Shown here piece after piece: positions 1 to 12,344 of a stretch of 64,000 nucleotides of DNA. The stretch spans positions 62,001-126,000 of the forward strand of contig JAUGWO010000023.1 in NCBI GenBank assembly GCA_049724395.1, written 5' to 3'. Both the position numbers and the translations under genes were made by a program. Positions within the stretch are counted from its first letter, which is position 1, and each line of letters begins with the position of its first letter. The DNA is from Spongospora subterranea f. sp. subterranea. Taxonomy: Eukaryota. A model generated the notes under the pieces. That model ran no database searches. It was not told the DNA's origin and saw only the letters and a list, made by a program, of their open reading frames with translations.

Positions 1-1176
1 TCAGAGCGTCTTCATCGAAACGCTGATCGCCATCGCCGGGATTTCATCGATCACCATCATAAACGCGTTCTCGACAAAAATAGCCGTGATCGTCCACGAT
101 GCACTGACACTAATCAAAGTTGCAACGTTACTGTTCATTTCCACTTTGGGGATATTAATCGCCACTGGAGCAGTTTCCATCGTAACTCCAACCTCAAATT
201 TTGCAAAAGGATTAGCCGGTTCGCATACAAACCCGAGCAACTACGCATCGGCGTTTTACCTTGTTTTCTGGGCCTACGATGGCTGGAACAATCTGAACTA
301 TGTAAGATATTCGGTCGGGGTTTGCTGCTTTTCTCTTACGACTGAGCCATTTTAGGCAGCTGGAGAATTTACGGGATCCTGTTAAATCTTTACCCAAAGC
401 TGCTGGATTTGCAGTGCTCTTCGTCACATCTCTGTACCTTCTAGCAAATTTTGCCTATTTCACAGTAATTCCGTTAGAACTCATCGTGTCATCGTCTGAA
501 CTGTTCGCCGGCGAGTTCTTCAAGATCGTTTTTGGGAACACTTATGGGTCCAAAGTATTTCCAGTCCTGCTGGCCCTATCGTCGTTCGGAGCCGTATCTG
601 CGATGGTTTTCAGTGCCGGTCGGGTTATCCATGCGGCTGCTAATGCCGGTGTAATCCCCATGTCGTCATATTTCAAGCACGTGCATCCCAAATTCAAGAC
701 CCCAATTAGGTGTTTGATGTTGAATTGGTCGTTGTGTGTTATATATATCGCTGCTCCTCCTCAGGGAAGTGTGTTCAATTTCCTTATTGATCTTGTATCC
801 TACCCGACATGGGTATTCTACGGTAGGAATTCAGGTTTTTCCCTCAAGTCGACCACTTAGATGGCATTTTTTCACAGGGCTATCAGTAATTGGATTATTA
901 TGGATGAGGGTATCACAACCTCGGTTAGTTCGTCCTTTCAAGGTCTGGCTTCCTTTGACTGTCTTGTTTATTTTGGCGTCATGCTTCCTGGTTGGATTCC
1001 CTTTTGTTCCAGTGTCCACCACTGAATACCCTTATTTCCTTCCCCCTCTGATTGGCATTGTCATTATCGTATCGGCAATACCAATCTGGGCGATTTTCGT
1101 CCGGAATAACGACCAGATTGACCCAAACTTCGGGATCCCTGCTAAGAGAAGCGAACAGCCCATGGCGACAGCCTAG
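1..1176 (+). CDS. LAT/APC-family amino-acid permease (5' end outside window; introns near 302-355 and 823-878)
   Basis: Successive + ORFs encode multiple TM helices with LAT motifs FWAYDGWNNLNY, LSSFGAVSAMVFSAGRVIHAAA, HPKFKTP and RPFKVW; GT..AG introns join the frames. Confidence 0.9.
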
Positions 1177-1227
1177 ACGAACCCGAAACGTCACGCAATG
1201 TGCCTTTAAATAGTAATAAACAATATA

Positions 1228-2386
1228 TTAAGTAGGTAGATGATGTTTGAAAACATGTTCGTCAAGATTTCTTTGCTGCTGAAACTGTTTTGTACAAAGT
1301 TTACAAGAAAATCGTGGTTCATGACTGCGCCTATGAAAGGTGAGCCCAGACTTTTGCTTGAATCGTCTCGGGCATAAGTCACACTGGAACAGCTTCTCCG
1401 ACGAATGTATCATCTGATGAACCTCGAGATGATCTTTGCGGCGAAAGGGCCTACAACATACCTAAAGCCGATCGATAAGAGCACTGATTGGAGAGGTCGT
1501 TCAACATAAGATACCTCGCATTGATACGGTTTAACTTGCAGATGAACAACTCGATGCTTGTTCAGCGCAGATAATGTCTTGAAAGTTTTAGAACAAAAAT
1601 CGCACGACACGTCAGTGCTTTGATTATGAATCTGAGGACACGTTATAGATATAGCGAAACCGACGGAACAAGTAGCGCATTACCTTGGCATGACGCAAAA
1701 GAGCAGTTTTTGAACGAAACGACATTGAACAATTCTCGGCAGAACAAGGGAATGGGCGCTCCCCCGTATGCGATCTAAGACAAACAAATATGAATGCTCA
1801 ACAAATATTTAAACCATAATCATTGATACCTGTAGTGAACAGTTAAACTGTCTCTTCTGGTAAACGTCATGGAGCACTTGGGACAGCCATGAAGACGACC
1901 TTCTTCCTCTTCAGCATTTGATGTGCTCCGTCCAACCCCATCGATTGTTAAACGCGGACCTTGACTATCGCCCAGGCTTGGTGCCATGGCCGATGCGGAA
2001 CCAGGTCGGACCCATTGAGTACATTTGTCAGCAGTCAGCGATTTAGGCATAGGGACACAATCACGGTCAGTTTCAGTGAATCGGTCAGGTTCACATTCTG
2101 GAATGACGATTCCAGGAGCATTCGGATACGTTTGCGTGGAAGCATTCTTCCCAGCAATGGTAAGACCCATATCGATAACAATAAGCCGTTCAAGACGGAT
2201 CTGTAAACTATAAGGCATAGGAGGATTCGAAACGGCACTGTATAAATGACGTCTTTCTTCACCCGTCATTCCATAAAGGTCCCGAACTAAGACAAATCCA
2301 GCTGTCTGGAACCAACTGACAAACTCTAAAAGCCTGGGTTCATATTGCCTAAAAAATGCAGGCAACGTCAATAATGATGACGGCAA
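1228..2386 (-). CDS. Multi-exon C2H2 zinc-finger protein
   Basis: Repeated CxxC-x12-HxxxH fingers with linker-like sequence across - strand ORFs (CPKCSMTFTRRDSLTVH, CDFCSKTFKTLSALNKHRVVH..KPYQC, HSSEKLFQCDLC). Start uncertain. Confidence 0.85.
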
Positions 2387-3415
2387 TAGGTCGAAGATGT
2401 CATCCGATACGGCGTGATCGAATTCTGTGGAGGATTCCCCTCAGTACGGAGCTGAACCGAATTAACTGTGAGCCTACCAAACGATTGCTGGGTTCCAGTT
2501 GACGGCTGAAGGAACAAGGTGGGTGAGGAAGTCCCAGATCGCAGCATCAATTTTGGGATGATCCACCCTGGACCAATATCTTTGACTGAATGAAAGGGGC
2601 AGTCTCACCAGCTCTGACTCGAATACAGTTCCCCCACACAGCGGATTCCCCCCCCCCCCCCGCTTGATCCCTGGGGTCAGTTAGTGCCGGCGCGGACCGC
2701 ACGAGGATACCGTCGTCAGTGCGAGAGCGCGGTGTCTGCCTGCCTGACTTCCCTCGTGTACACACACCGAATTTAGATTCAATCCTATAATTTCATTCCA
2801 TCAATCAATGTTGTGGTTCTTTGTTGATTGACGTATCTGTCTAAGGACGCGCGCGGTACAGACGTCAGGGATGGGACATGTTTTGATCTTTAAATTTTTG
2901 GTGTAATATATGTTCAGTTCTGCGGAGACTGAAATATGTGGCTGCTTTATGGGCATAGCCTACTCATTTATCAGTAACCAGAGGGGAGCATCGCCAAGTG
3001 CATAAACTATGGATAGTCAAACCCGCAGGGGGACAAGCAATCAAATTGGTCAAGATGCATATCCAGGTTCGCAAGACGCATAAGCGTCGATTGACAACAA
3101 GCAAAGATAAGACCTCTTTTCAGCGGCGGTGTCGGGCCCCAGGAGAGGAGGATAGGTAACGCGATTCAAGTGATAAAATTATGGCGCGGCGGCACTTGGG
3201 GGTAAGTGTAACATGTGTCACACTCACACACGTGACATGACTGTGTGGGAAGTTTTAGCCGTGGCGAGGCCAAGCGAAAGCCTCGGCCCCTGACACGGCC
3301 CAGTAATTACATGGATTGACGGCGTAATGGTTCATGGTCGTCGTCCAAACTCAAGACGAATGAAGTCAGAATGGTGATCATCTTCGGCGGTTGGTAAAAA
3401 TTTAGTAGCCCGGCA

Positions 3416-5711
3416 ATGCCGTCGCGTGTTCGATCTCCAGGTAATAAATTGCCACTCGCAGCTGCGATTGAGCCAGCTGATATTGGTCTTTCTTGGAGTC
3501 CCAGATATAAAAAAGGAGGATGACAGAAGAAGATACAATGCTGGTGATTCCTGCAATGCTATGTCTCTATCTCCAGATCAGACGCATCTGGCAGTTGGAG
3601 GGCGAAATGTTTTCAAAATACTGTCAATCAATGATTGTGAATTCGACTCCCTTGCTCAAAATCTTCGAACCGGAAGAACCAACCTGACATTTTCGAGTAA
3701 CGATGTACAGGTAATTCTCGATCTTAAGGCTTATCCACATCCCGTTCATTGATTGACAATGCAATGTTAGTGGTGTCCGTCAATGTCCTTTAGCGTCGCT
3801 ACCGCCGCAACGAATGGGAAAGTTGTCATCTGGGATGTGGAAAAATTGGGCCAGTCGAGGCAATCGCGTGTACTCAGTGACCATTCTCGGGCGGTCAATC
3901 GTGTATCATGGTCTGGAAATTTTCGGGCATAATGAATGAGGCTCGATTCTGATGATCTGGAGCAGGAGTCCTTCGGATCCTATTTTGCTCAGTGGGTCTC
4001 AAGACGGTTCGGTAAAACTCTGGGATATTAGGGTTCGCGACGCCTGCCAAATCACGTTTGCTGGCCATTGTGGACCCGTTCGAGACGTGCAATGGTCCCA
4101 TCTCAATGCAAATGTGTTTGCCTCTGGTCTCGATACCGGGCTCATTCAAATCTGGGATTTTCGAAAAAATCTCAAACCGGAGAACGAGTTGTCTGCGCAT
4201 CAAGGTCTTGTTATGGCCATCGAATGGCACTGCAACGAACGGCATGTCCTAGCAAGCGGTGGCCGAGATCGCCAGCTGAAAATTTGGGACCTTTTCAATG
4301 GAGTGGGAAGTGTCCCGCGCCATACCATATCTACAACGGCGAGCATTGCGCGAATTCGTTGGCGTCCCGGATTTCCCTCTCATGTTGCGTCGTCGTCAAC
4401 TCTATTTGATAACTGTATTCATATATGGGATATCCACCATCCTTTTATTCCTATCGGCTCGTGCAGTCCGCATTTGGATGCTGTCACTGGTATTCAATGG
4501 TTCAATAACGGCGAGGAAATTGCCTCATGCTCGAAAGATTCTTGGGTCGCCGTCAGTTCTGTATCTCGTGCAGATTGCGCGTATGAACGTATTCGCTCAA
4601 GCTGTATGACTTGGAATGCCGACAACAACCTCGCCATTGTAAATAACGGGTTCAACAAACAAGAGGCGTGCCTGAGACGGTTTATATCTAGCCCATTCAC
4701 GCCGATCGCATCCTCGAAATCCACTGAGGTCAAGTTACAGATTATGTCGGCTCCGTCAACGACCGCCCGAGAGACGACCTTTCGGTTTATGACGACCCAT
4801 TCCTGTTAGAGAGAGGGTTCGTTCACTTAGCCAAGAATTATAAGCTCACGGGATCGTCAATCGCTGAACTCTGTGGGTTCAATGCCATCGTGGCAAGCGA
4901 AGTTGGACGGACCGATATGGTCGAAGTATGGGGTTTGATTCCGTTGCTCATTAGTGAGATCAAGGTCGTTGAATCAACGTCCGATGCACGAAGAATGAGC
5001 AGCGAACTGTACGACGTCGGCGATATGTTCGAGCTGATGACCGACAACGACGAATCTATGCGCTCGTTGATGGAGTGTATGCCTTCAGTCCGGGATCTTG
5101 GTCCCTTCTCATCGAAGACGCTGGTAGAAGAAACCATGTCCGATTTGCTATCAGACCTCTCTGATCGCGGGGATGTTCAAAATTGCTGTGCAGTGGTAAT
5201 TGTCATCGGAAGCAAGATTCGTTTGGATGGCGGTCTAGTTAGAAGATATCTTACTTCGTATATAGGTGACTCGCGATCGTTCGGTTAATCGTTTTGTTTT
5301 AATTCCTTGGCCCAGAGCTCCTTCAAAGACGGAAACTTTGGTCGTGTGCGACCGAGGTTATTCTACTAAGTCCTGACGAATCTGTAGCGTCAATGAATCA
5401 AATGGAAACAAAAGTCGATATCAATTGTTCTCATTGTAATGAACCGATTAAAAAAGGACAAACAATATGCACAATCTGCAGAAGATTCAATACATGTTCA
5501 TTGTGTCGGCAACGTGTGGTTGGATTATATGTATGGTGTCAAGGTATCTTATTGATTGCTATTCATGTTTTTGACCCTTTTCTGAATGCGAATCTTAGCG
5601 TGCGGTCATGGGGGCCACCCCAATCACATGCAGAAATGGTTCACCGAAAATGTCCAATGCCCCACCGGTTGTTTACATCAGTGTCTTCCCTCTCTAGCCG
5701 CAAAAAAGTAA
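3416..5711 (+). CDS. WDR24: GATOR2 subunit WDR24/Sea2(Rtc1)-like WD40 protein with C-terminal zinc/RING domain
   Basis: WD40 repeats (LLSGSQDGSVKLWD, LASGGRDRQLKIWD, RIRWRPG), GDVQ motif, C-terminal CSLC..V.GLYVWCQGCGHGGH..W..CPTGC.HQC; several short introns. Confidence 0.9.
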
Positions 5712-6999
5712 TTATACAACTGTTTTCATAAGTATTTGGCCTTGATCAACTGGAATGAGATTGCAGCAGCGAAGTTCCTCCAGAGCCAAAACCCTGTCTC
5801 TGAGGTTTCGCATGAAAGTTCTCTCTACATCGAGACTCCAGATCATCGATTTTGCGAACCGTAATCGGTGATAGAATGCTCAATCCTAACGTTTAACGGA
5901 ATGATAATGGCTCAAGGTATCACAATAACGCTAACCCACATTCCTTGACACCATAATCGCATGCCATCACGTGGTTATGGTCGAAGATGTCAAAACACCC
6001 TCACCCTTTAATCTACGACTGAAATGGAACACGCACGTTTGCTCAAGATCTCGCTTGCTGCAAATGCAAATGGGGAACCTACAATGTTGGAAGACTATCT
6101 TTCGCAAGTCCCTACCATCCTCTTTCAGACGTTTTTTGACCCCCAACAATGTTAACAACATAGATGCGCCTTGAAAAATCCTGACCATTGACCTACTTTT
6201 CGATTTTTGCCAAATGTTTCGTTCAATTTCCCAATTTCAACTCAGTCAACATTTCTCAGAGTGCACCCGGAAAAAGCTTATTCGACTGAAATGCTGTGTT
6301 TGCGATTGTTTTTGGATATTGTGACGGAGTTCAATCAAGATCTGAATTATTCTGCGCATTGTATAGACAATCGGTTGTACTAATAATTGTGCCACGTCCG
6401 AACAAGCGCGCCGTTGCCGCTAAGAAAGCGAGAGATGTGGCGACCATTAAGCGTGCTGATTTCGCCAGACTGCACGCTTGTGCCCTCGTTCGAAGGTGTC
6501 GCCATCCGTTGCAAAATGCTGCGATTATTCTGGCGAGTGTTCATGATTCTCTAGGTACCGGAAGAAAGATAAAATCATGAAAACTCGCCACTCAGCATCT
6601 GGATTTTTCCCAACGAAATCCTAATAACCAATTGCCGCAACACAAGCCTGCCGGTTGCGGTGGTGACATTGCTCCTTCTCTTTGGAGATGGGTTTTCGGA
6701 GGAGATCCTGGAGACAAATGCAGGAGTTGTATCTTCAACAGGTACATTGAAAATGGTTCCTGAGCTCTTACATCGCTGGCATGCATCCATACCGAGGAGG
6801 ACGAGAAACTTCTGAAGGACTCGATCAAGCAGAGGCAGAACCTGGCAAATCAAAGTCAGTTGAGTTAGAGGTGTATACTGTATCTTTTACAATCATCCTG
6901 ATTGGGCGATGAGGTTTGAGTGCATTGTCGTGATGAGGGTATCCGAGAGCAACGGTTCATCGTTGGCCGCCGTTAACAGCTTGAACGCGAGTAGGGTAT

Positions 7000-7430
7000 A
7001 CTAGGCATGCCAGGTTCGGGAGAGGGGCAATTGAGTTCAAGGGCACCGGGATGTTATGCGCTCAAGACAGGGCAAACATACAAACGGCTAATCGTTAATG
7101 ATTGGGTTCGCCGTGAAGTTCAAGCCGATTTTCGACGAAGTCCTTTCATTCTATTTTGAATGATACCTAAAATCGAATGGCTTTGAAGCGGCGTCATATG
7201 AAACGTCACAAAAATGGTTAACGACCGAGTTTTTGATTTCGGCGCACAACTGTAAACAAGGCGTTTATTTTGGCGGGCACGATCGAGCTGATGTTCGGGA
7301 ATATTGGCATGCAGAATTCATCTCATTCATGGATTTACTCCAAAGTCGACGTTGCAGCTATATTGGTGACGATGTGCAAATCGAAATGTGGCCTGAGGAC
7401 GTTTCACTACCGGAGCGTGGGTTTTCATGA
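7000..7430 (+). mobile_element. Degenerate DDE (Tc1-like) transposase fragment
   Basis: KQGVYFGGHDRADVREY resembles the KKGVYxDGHERxDVVEYR motif of fungal/oomycete Tc1-like transposases; the flanking frames are broken. Confidence 0.5.
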
Positions 7431-7559
7431 CGTGTCTGTGTATTACAGAGGCGTTGCTGATGAGAAGTTCAGGATGATGGTCAGGAATTGCGCAAAACAG
7501 ATCTTGGTCTCGAATCCTGCATGTCTCCCATTTCATGTTCGAAGATTTCGAGTTCCTTT

Positions 7560-8995
7560 CCTAGACTTGATGTTAACAAACATGTTGCATCGGTCCGCGC
7601 TGAGCAAATCAGGAGCATTGGAAGATATTCATGCCCAGAATCCTAGCTGGATGCCCGAAATCGGTGATCTGAAAATCTGCGGCGAGACTGGATACGATGT
7701 TTTCTGCGAAACCATCGTAATTGTGGGCTAGGATAATATCGTCGACATGTAAGCCCATAATCGCTATTTGATCACCATCTCGTCGGGTATATATGCATGG
7801 ATCCGAAATGCATTTCTGGAATCCCAATGCATTTGTCAGGTACGCATTGATTTTCTTGTTCCATACGCACCCAGCTTGTTTGAGGCCATATATAGCCTTT
7901 TTTTAACCGCCAAACTTGCGTCGAATCTGTATTGAAGCCATCCGGCTGGGTCATATACAGTTCCTCATCGACGTCGCCATTTATATATGATCCAACTACG
8001 TCCAATTGTCGAACCTCAAGTCATGTAGGGCAGTCAACGCAAGTTGAGTGCGTAACGATTCTTGATTGCTACCGGTGCAAACGTTTCTTCATAGTCAATC
8101 CCGAAACATTTATGAGAAACCTTTCGCCACTAACTTGGCCTTGAACTTCTCCACTAACCCATTGTTGTCTTTCTTAGGTTTCACGGGGTGAATACCTATT
8201 TACATTTAACTGGTTTGATTCTTGTCGTGCGAGATACAAGTTCGAATGTTCGGAAGTCGACCATATTCTGATATTCTTTCCTAAAGGCATCACGCCAATA
8301 TCCTGCGATTGGATTCGAGACGGCATTTTCGATGGTTGATGGAATGCTGATGTCAGCGCATGAAGTATTAGATATGTTGGGCTTGGCTAGAGATCCCATT
8401 TCCTCTCCAGTATCGCACAGTTCTTGTATCGAATTGGCGGCCTTCTCATGCTTGAAGATCTTCGCACTGAAAACTGTTCGATAGGTGTCGAAACTTCATC
8501 ATACTCTGAGATCAATCCTGGATTAGCTTCATTATCGCTTTTTTCGTCGTCATCATTCCTCGCTTCATCGCCATCGTCAACGTTCCCTGAAAACAATTCT
8601 GGACTAGCTTCATTATCGCTCTTAGCGGCGTCATCATTAATCGCTCCATCACCATCGTCCATTCCGGTATTTTCTTTGCAATTTTGTTCGGTTCATCGCC
8701 TCCGAATATATCTCGGGGTTTGGCTCCTCAAGGTCGTCAGTGAATATAACGTCCCGGATGATCGTGCGATGGATTCGGCTTCCAGAACGTCAAGAATCTT
8801 CTACAAACTTGACATGTCTGCTAACGTGCAACTTATTTTGTGTCGGATTCCATAATTGCTACGCCTTTTGCGTTTGGCAATATCCTACAAATACTCCTGG
8901 GGCTGCCTTTGGATCTAACAATCGACATATCCGCTTGTGAATGAACATCCATGCGCCACACCCGAATACGCGTAGATATGATGGATTCGGTTTAC
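7560..8995 (-). mobile_element. Ty1/Copia retrotransposon relic (SH3-like region, linker, RT), frameshifted
   Basis: DVVGSYINGDVDEELYMTQPDGF, IYGLKQAG (frameshifted), SDPCIY, GLHVDDII (YVDD-like), W..A..KEY.......TFELV and VSRHVKF motifs. Confidence 0.9.
8518..8660 (-). repeat. 81-bp in-frame tandem duplication in the Copia linker
   Basis: DDGDGAINDDAAKSDNEASP and DDGDEARNDDDEKSDNEANP are 27 codons apart; units start at 8518 and 8599. Confidence 0.85.
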
Positions 8996-9019
8996 ACAAT
9001 CGAGACAGCAGTCAATAGA

Positions 9020-9303
9020 ATGGTCGTCATTCCGCAGGATTACCTGCATCATACTGGGGATTTGCAGTAGCGACAGCAGTCCATGTAATTGATAGGCGAC
9101 CCCACAGCTTTTTACCCAATCATACCTTTCCGTATGAAGCTTGGTTTGGCAGTAAACCGAATCCATCATATTGACGCGTATTCGGGTGTGGCGCATGGAT
9201 GTTCATTCACAAGGGAATACGTCGAGGGTTAGATCCAACGGCAAGGCCAGGAGTATTTGTAGGATATTGCCAACGCAAAAGGCGTATCAATTGTGGGATC
9301 CGA
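9020..9303 (+). mobile_element. Copia integrase C-terminus plus SH3-like segment, inverted relative to the adjacent RT part
   Basis: + strand reads AGLPASYWGFAVATAVHVIDRRP..FPYEAWFGSKP..RVFGCGAWMFIHKGIRRGLDPTARPGVFVGY (with frameshifts). Confidence 0.85.
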
Positions 9304-10577
9304 GTTGTGAGATCATGGGCTGAGGAATGTAAATCGGTTTTTTGGTAATTGTGACATGACAGGGCGAATTTCGCAACACGCGTACGAATCGATCACATCG
9401 ACATCTCCCGACTCGATTGCCGTCGATGAACTGCTTTTGGAGTCTGAGAAGGAGAGTGAGCGTCGTATTTCACGATTAGCGCCTACATGAATTACGCATC
9501 TAGTTTTCGAGGATCCCGAAGTCATTGTTCTGGACGATCGCTCATGCACAACTGCCACTGTAAAAGTTCGCAATAAATCTACGCTTACTATTTTGGAAAG
9601 TATTCGACTTGACCAAAAATTGCTTGTTGAACTGCCCTCGAGGCTGGCATCGCGGTCTAATACGCTACAGAGGTTTCAATGGCTGAGATTGATATTCGGC
9701 AATGGCAGTTCAAAAACGTTTTTCTCTGAATATCGGTCGGGTACGTGTTTCAGACTCGGATGAGCAGTCCGAAAAATAATTGAATCGGTAGATTTAAAGA
9801 GAACTTCCAATATAGCTTGTGCATGAGCAATTCCACCCAGTCAGGGACCGGTTCAAAACTGAGTCTACCCTAAAGTTCCATCTCTGTTCCAACCTTTGAG
9901 CCGTACAGCCGCGTTAACAGTGAAATCAGCACTGTTTACCTTTTCAGGGCTGGAAAAACACCATTGCTTTTCCCTTTCTACACTGAGGACACAAAATGGA
10001 AAAACAAGGCAGTTCTCATTTAGGAAATCTCACCTTTGTAGCGGTCTTAAACTTTTCCGACGAAACATCGATGTTTCCCATGTACGGAGTGGTTGAGGCA
10101 GAATTCGTGACGATCCTGCCAAGATTACTTCACACATAGGTAGGTCCTGGCTTATTATCAACGCAGTACACCCACGTGTCATAGACGCCTGATGTGTCCC
10201 ACGTTCATGCTAAAACGGCAGCGTCCATGGTAATTGGCCAGTACACGGTGCCGCCCGAGTCCCGACGTTGTCTGCGTGAACTTAACTGCATTGAGCCGGA
10301 CCCTTCGCACCCACAGGCAACAGAGTAACGCTAGAGTGCAGTAAGGTACACTGCCTGTTGTAACCTGAACTGGGGGGCTGCAAGCCAACGCAGAGTCGCA
10401 GACTGTATGTGTATTGTGTAGGAGCCAGAGGCCGCCCCTGGCGACAACACTTCAACCTCGGAGTGAACAGATAATCTTCTGATTTGGGGAAGGGGTAGAC
10501 ATAACGATAGAACATACGTCGCCGCCTTTACGAGTCAGTCGTTATCTGATATTCCCGTTGTAACCCATCGTGCTGGG

Positions 10578-12220
10578 ATGCATAGAGCGTTTATACAATG
10601 TGCTCGGCTGAATGGACAAGTGAGTCTTTACAAAACCCATTTGATGAATAGTGCTTTTTTCCCAGTTTTGTTTCGGCTGTTACAATGTTCCTAGAGGTTC
10701 AATGATCTCATCAATTCATACACTTTCTTCGTTTTTAGAAAAGAATCCAGAAACGATTCTTGAACATCCATGAATACCTCTCCCACGAGCTTCTTCGAAA
10801 ATTCTCAGTACGTTATTGCTCCTGAGACACCATACCGACCCTGTTAGCCCACCTCATTATCAGGTTCCAACAGCACTGGGGTACCCCGCTAAGACGCCTG
10901 AAGAGGCTATTCAAGCGGCGAAACAGTTGAACGGAAAGGATTTTGTTGTGAAGGCCCAGATCCTCGCTGGAGGTCGCGGTAAAGGCACGTTCACTAATGG
11001 GTTTGAAGGAGGAGTTCACGTAGCGGCATCGTAATTCTGTCCATACTCCGCTCATTTCTACCTTTGAATATTTTTTGGTGATAGTACCAAGCAGGTTGGT
11101 GAAATCGCTTCGAAGATGTTAGGCCAACGTCTTGTTACGAAGCAAACTGGCCCTGCAGGTCGTCCTGTCGATGTTGTTTATGTAGTTGAACGTTTGTATT
11201 TACGCCGCGAGTGCTATTTTGCGATTCTTCTCGATCGTGCTGCCAACGGGCCCGTTTTGATCGCTAGTCCCAAAGGAGGAATGGACATTGAGAAAGTTGC
11301 GGCAGAAACGCCCGAGCTGATCTTCAGCGAACCCGTTGGCGATTTAGAGGCTGGCCCTAGTGATGAGCAGCTCACTCGATTATCGAAAGGAATGGGATTT
11401 CCTGACGAGGCTGAAGAAGACGCCAAGAAGTTGATGCTCTCTCTATACCATTTGTTTCGCAAGACGGACTCGACGTTAATTGAAATCAATCCGCTCTGCG
11501 AGACACACGACGGGCTGGTCCGCTGTGCCGACGCTAAATTGAACTTTGACGACAATGCAGAGTTTAGACAGAAGGAGATATTCAAGCTTCGCGATCGTTC
11601 TCAGGAAGATCCAAGGGAAGTGACCGCGTCAAAATATAATCTGAACTACATTGGCTTGAACGGCAACATTGGTTGTCTGGTGAATGGGGCAGGTGAAAAG
11701 ATTTGGCAACTCCTATTCTATACTATGTTGATATATATTATCAGGGTTGGCGATGGCGACTATGGATATAATCAAACTTCATGGCGGTTCCCCTGCAAAT
11801 TTCCTTGACCTCGGAGGAGGCGCATCGGAGACGGAAGTGACGAAAGCGTTCGAGATCCTCAACGATGATGACAATGTCCAAGCCATCATGGTACCGGATT
11901 GATTTGCACAGTGCGGCGGTTCGTGAGTGTAATCGATGTCGAATATTCAGGTTGTGATCTTCGGTGGTATCATGCGATGCGATATCATCGCCCTCGGCAT
12001 CATCAACGCCGTCACACAGATTGGCTTGAAGAAGCCATTGGTTGTGCGTCTGGAAGGCACGAATGTAGACACGGCCAACAAACTGATCGAGGAGAGCGGA
12101 TTACGCATGATGACTTGTGACGATTTGGAAGACGCTGCTCGTAAAGCTGTCCGGGTCGCCGAAATCGTCAAGATGGCGAAAGATGTCGACGTCACTGTGA
12201 AATTTGAACTTCCGCTTTGA
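10578..12220 (+). CDS. sucC: Mitochondrial succinyl-CoA ligase beta subunit (ADP vs GDP specificity not determined)
   Basis: [86 protein letters not shown]; start codon approximate. Confidence 0.97.
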
Positions 12221-12344
12221 ATAAAGGCATTCAAATCAGCGGATGTGTTGTCAAAATACTAGATCAGCAAGCGTTTGATTACTTTCCGTTCCCAGGATTT
12301 TCCGTTGTCGCCTGGCACGTGTCATTATCGCCAATTCGAGTTTC

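Noticed and set aside
2648..2661. Poly-C run
   Set aside because: Simple homopolymer with no supporting context.
9430..9760. RNase P RNA-like motifs (GGAGTCTGAG, TTCAATGGCTGAG, TTCAGACT)
   Set aside because: CR-I lacks GGAA, CR-V is poor, and the P4-like pairing is explained by the larger degenerate inverted repeat.
10090..10560. Possible ncRNA or telomerase RNA upstream of sucC
   Set aside because: Only short stems; no recognisable snRNA, SRP or template motif.
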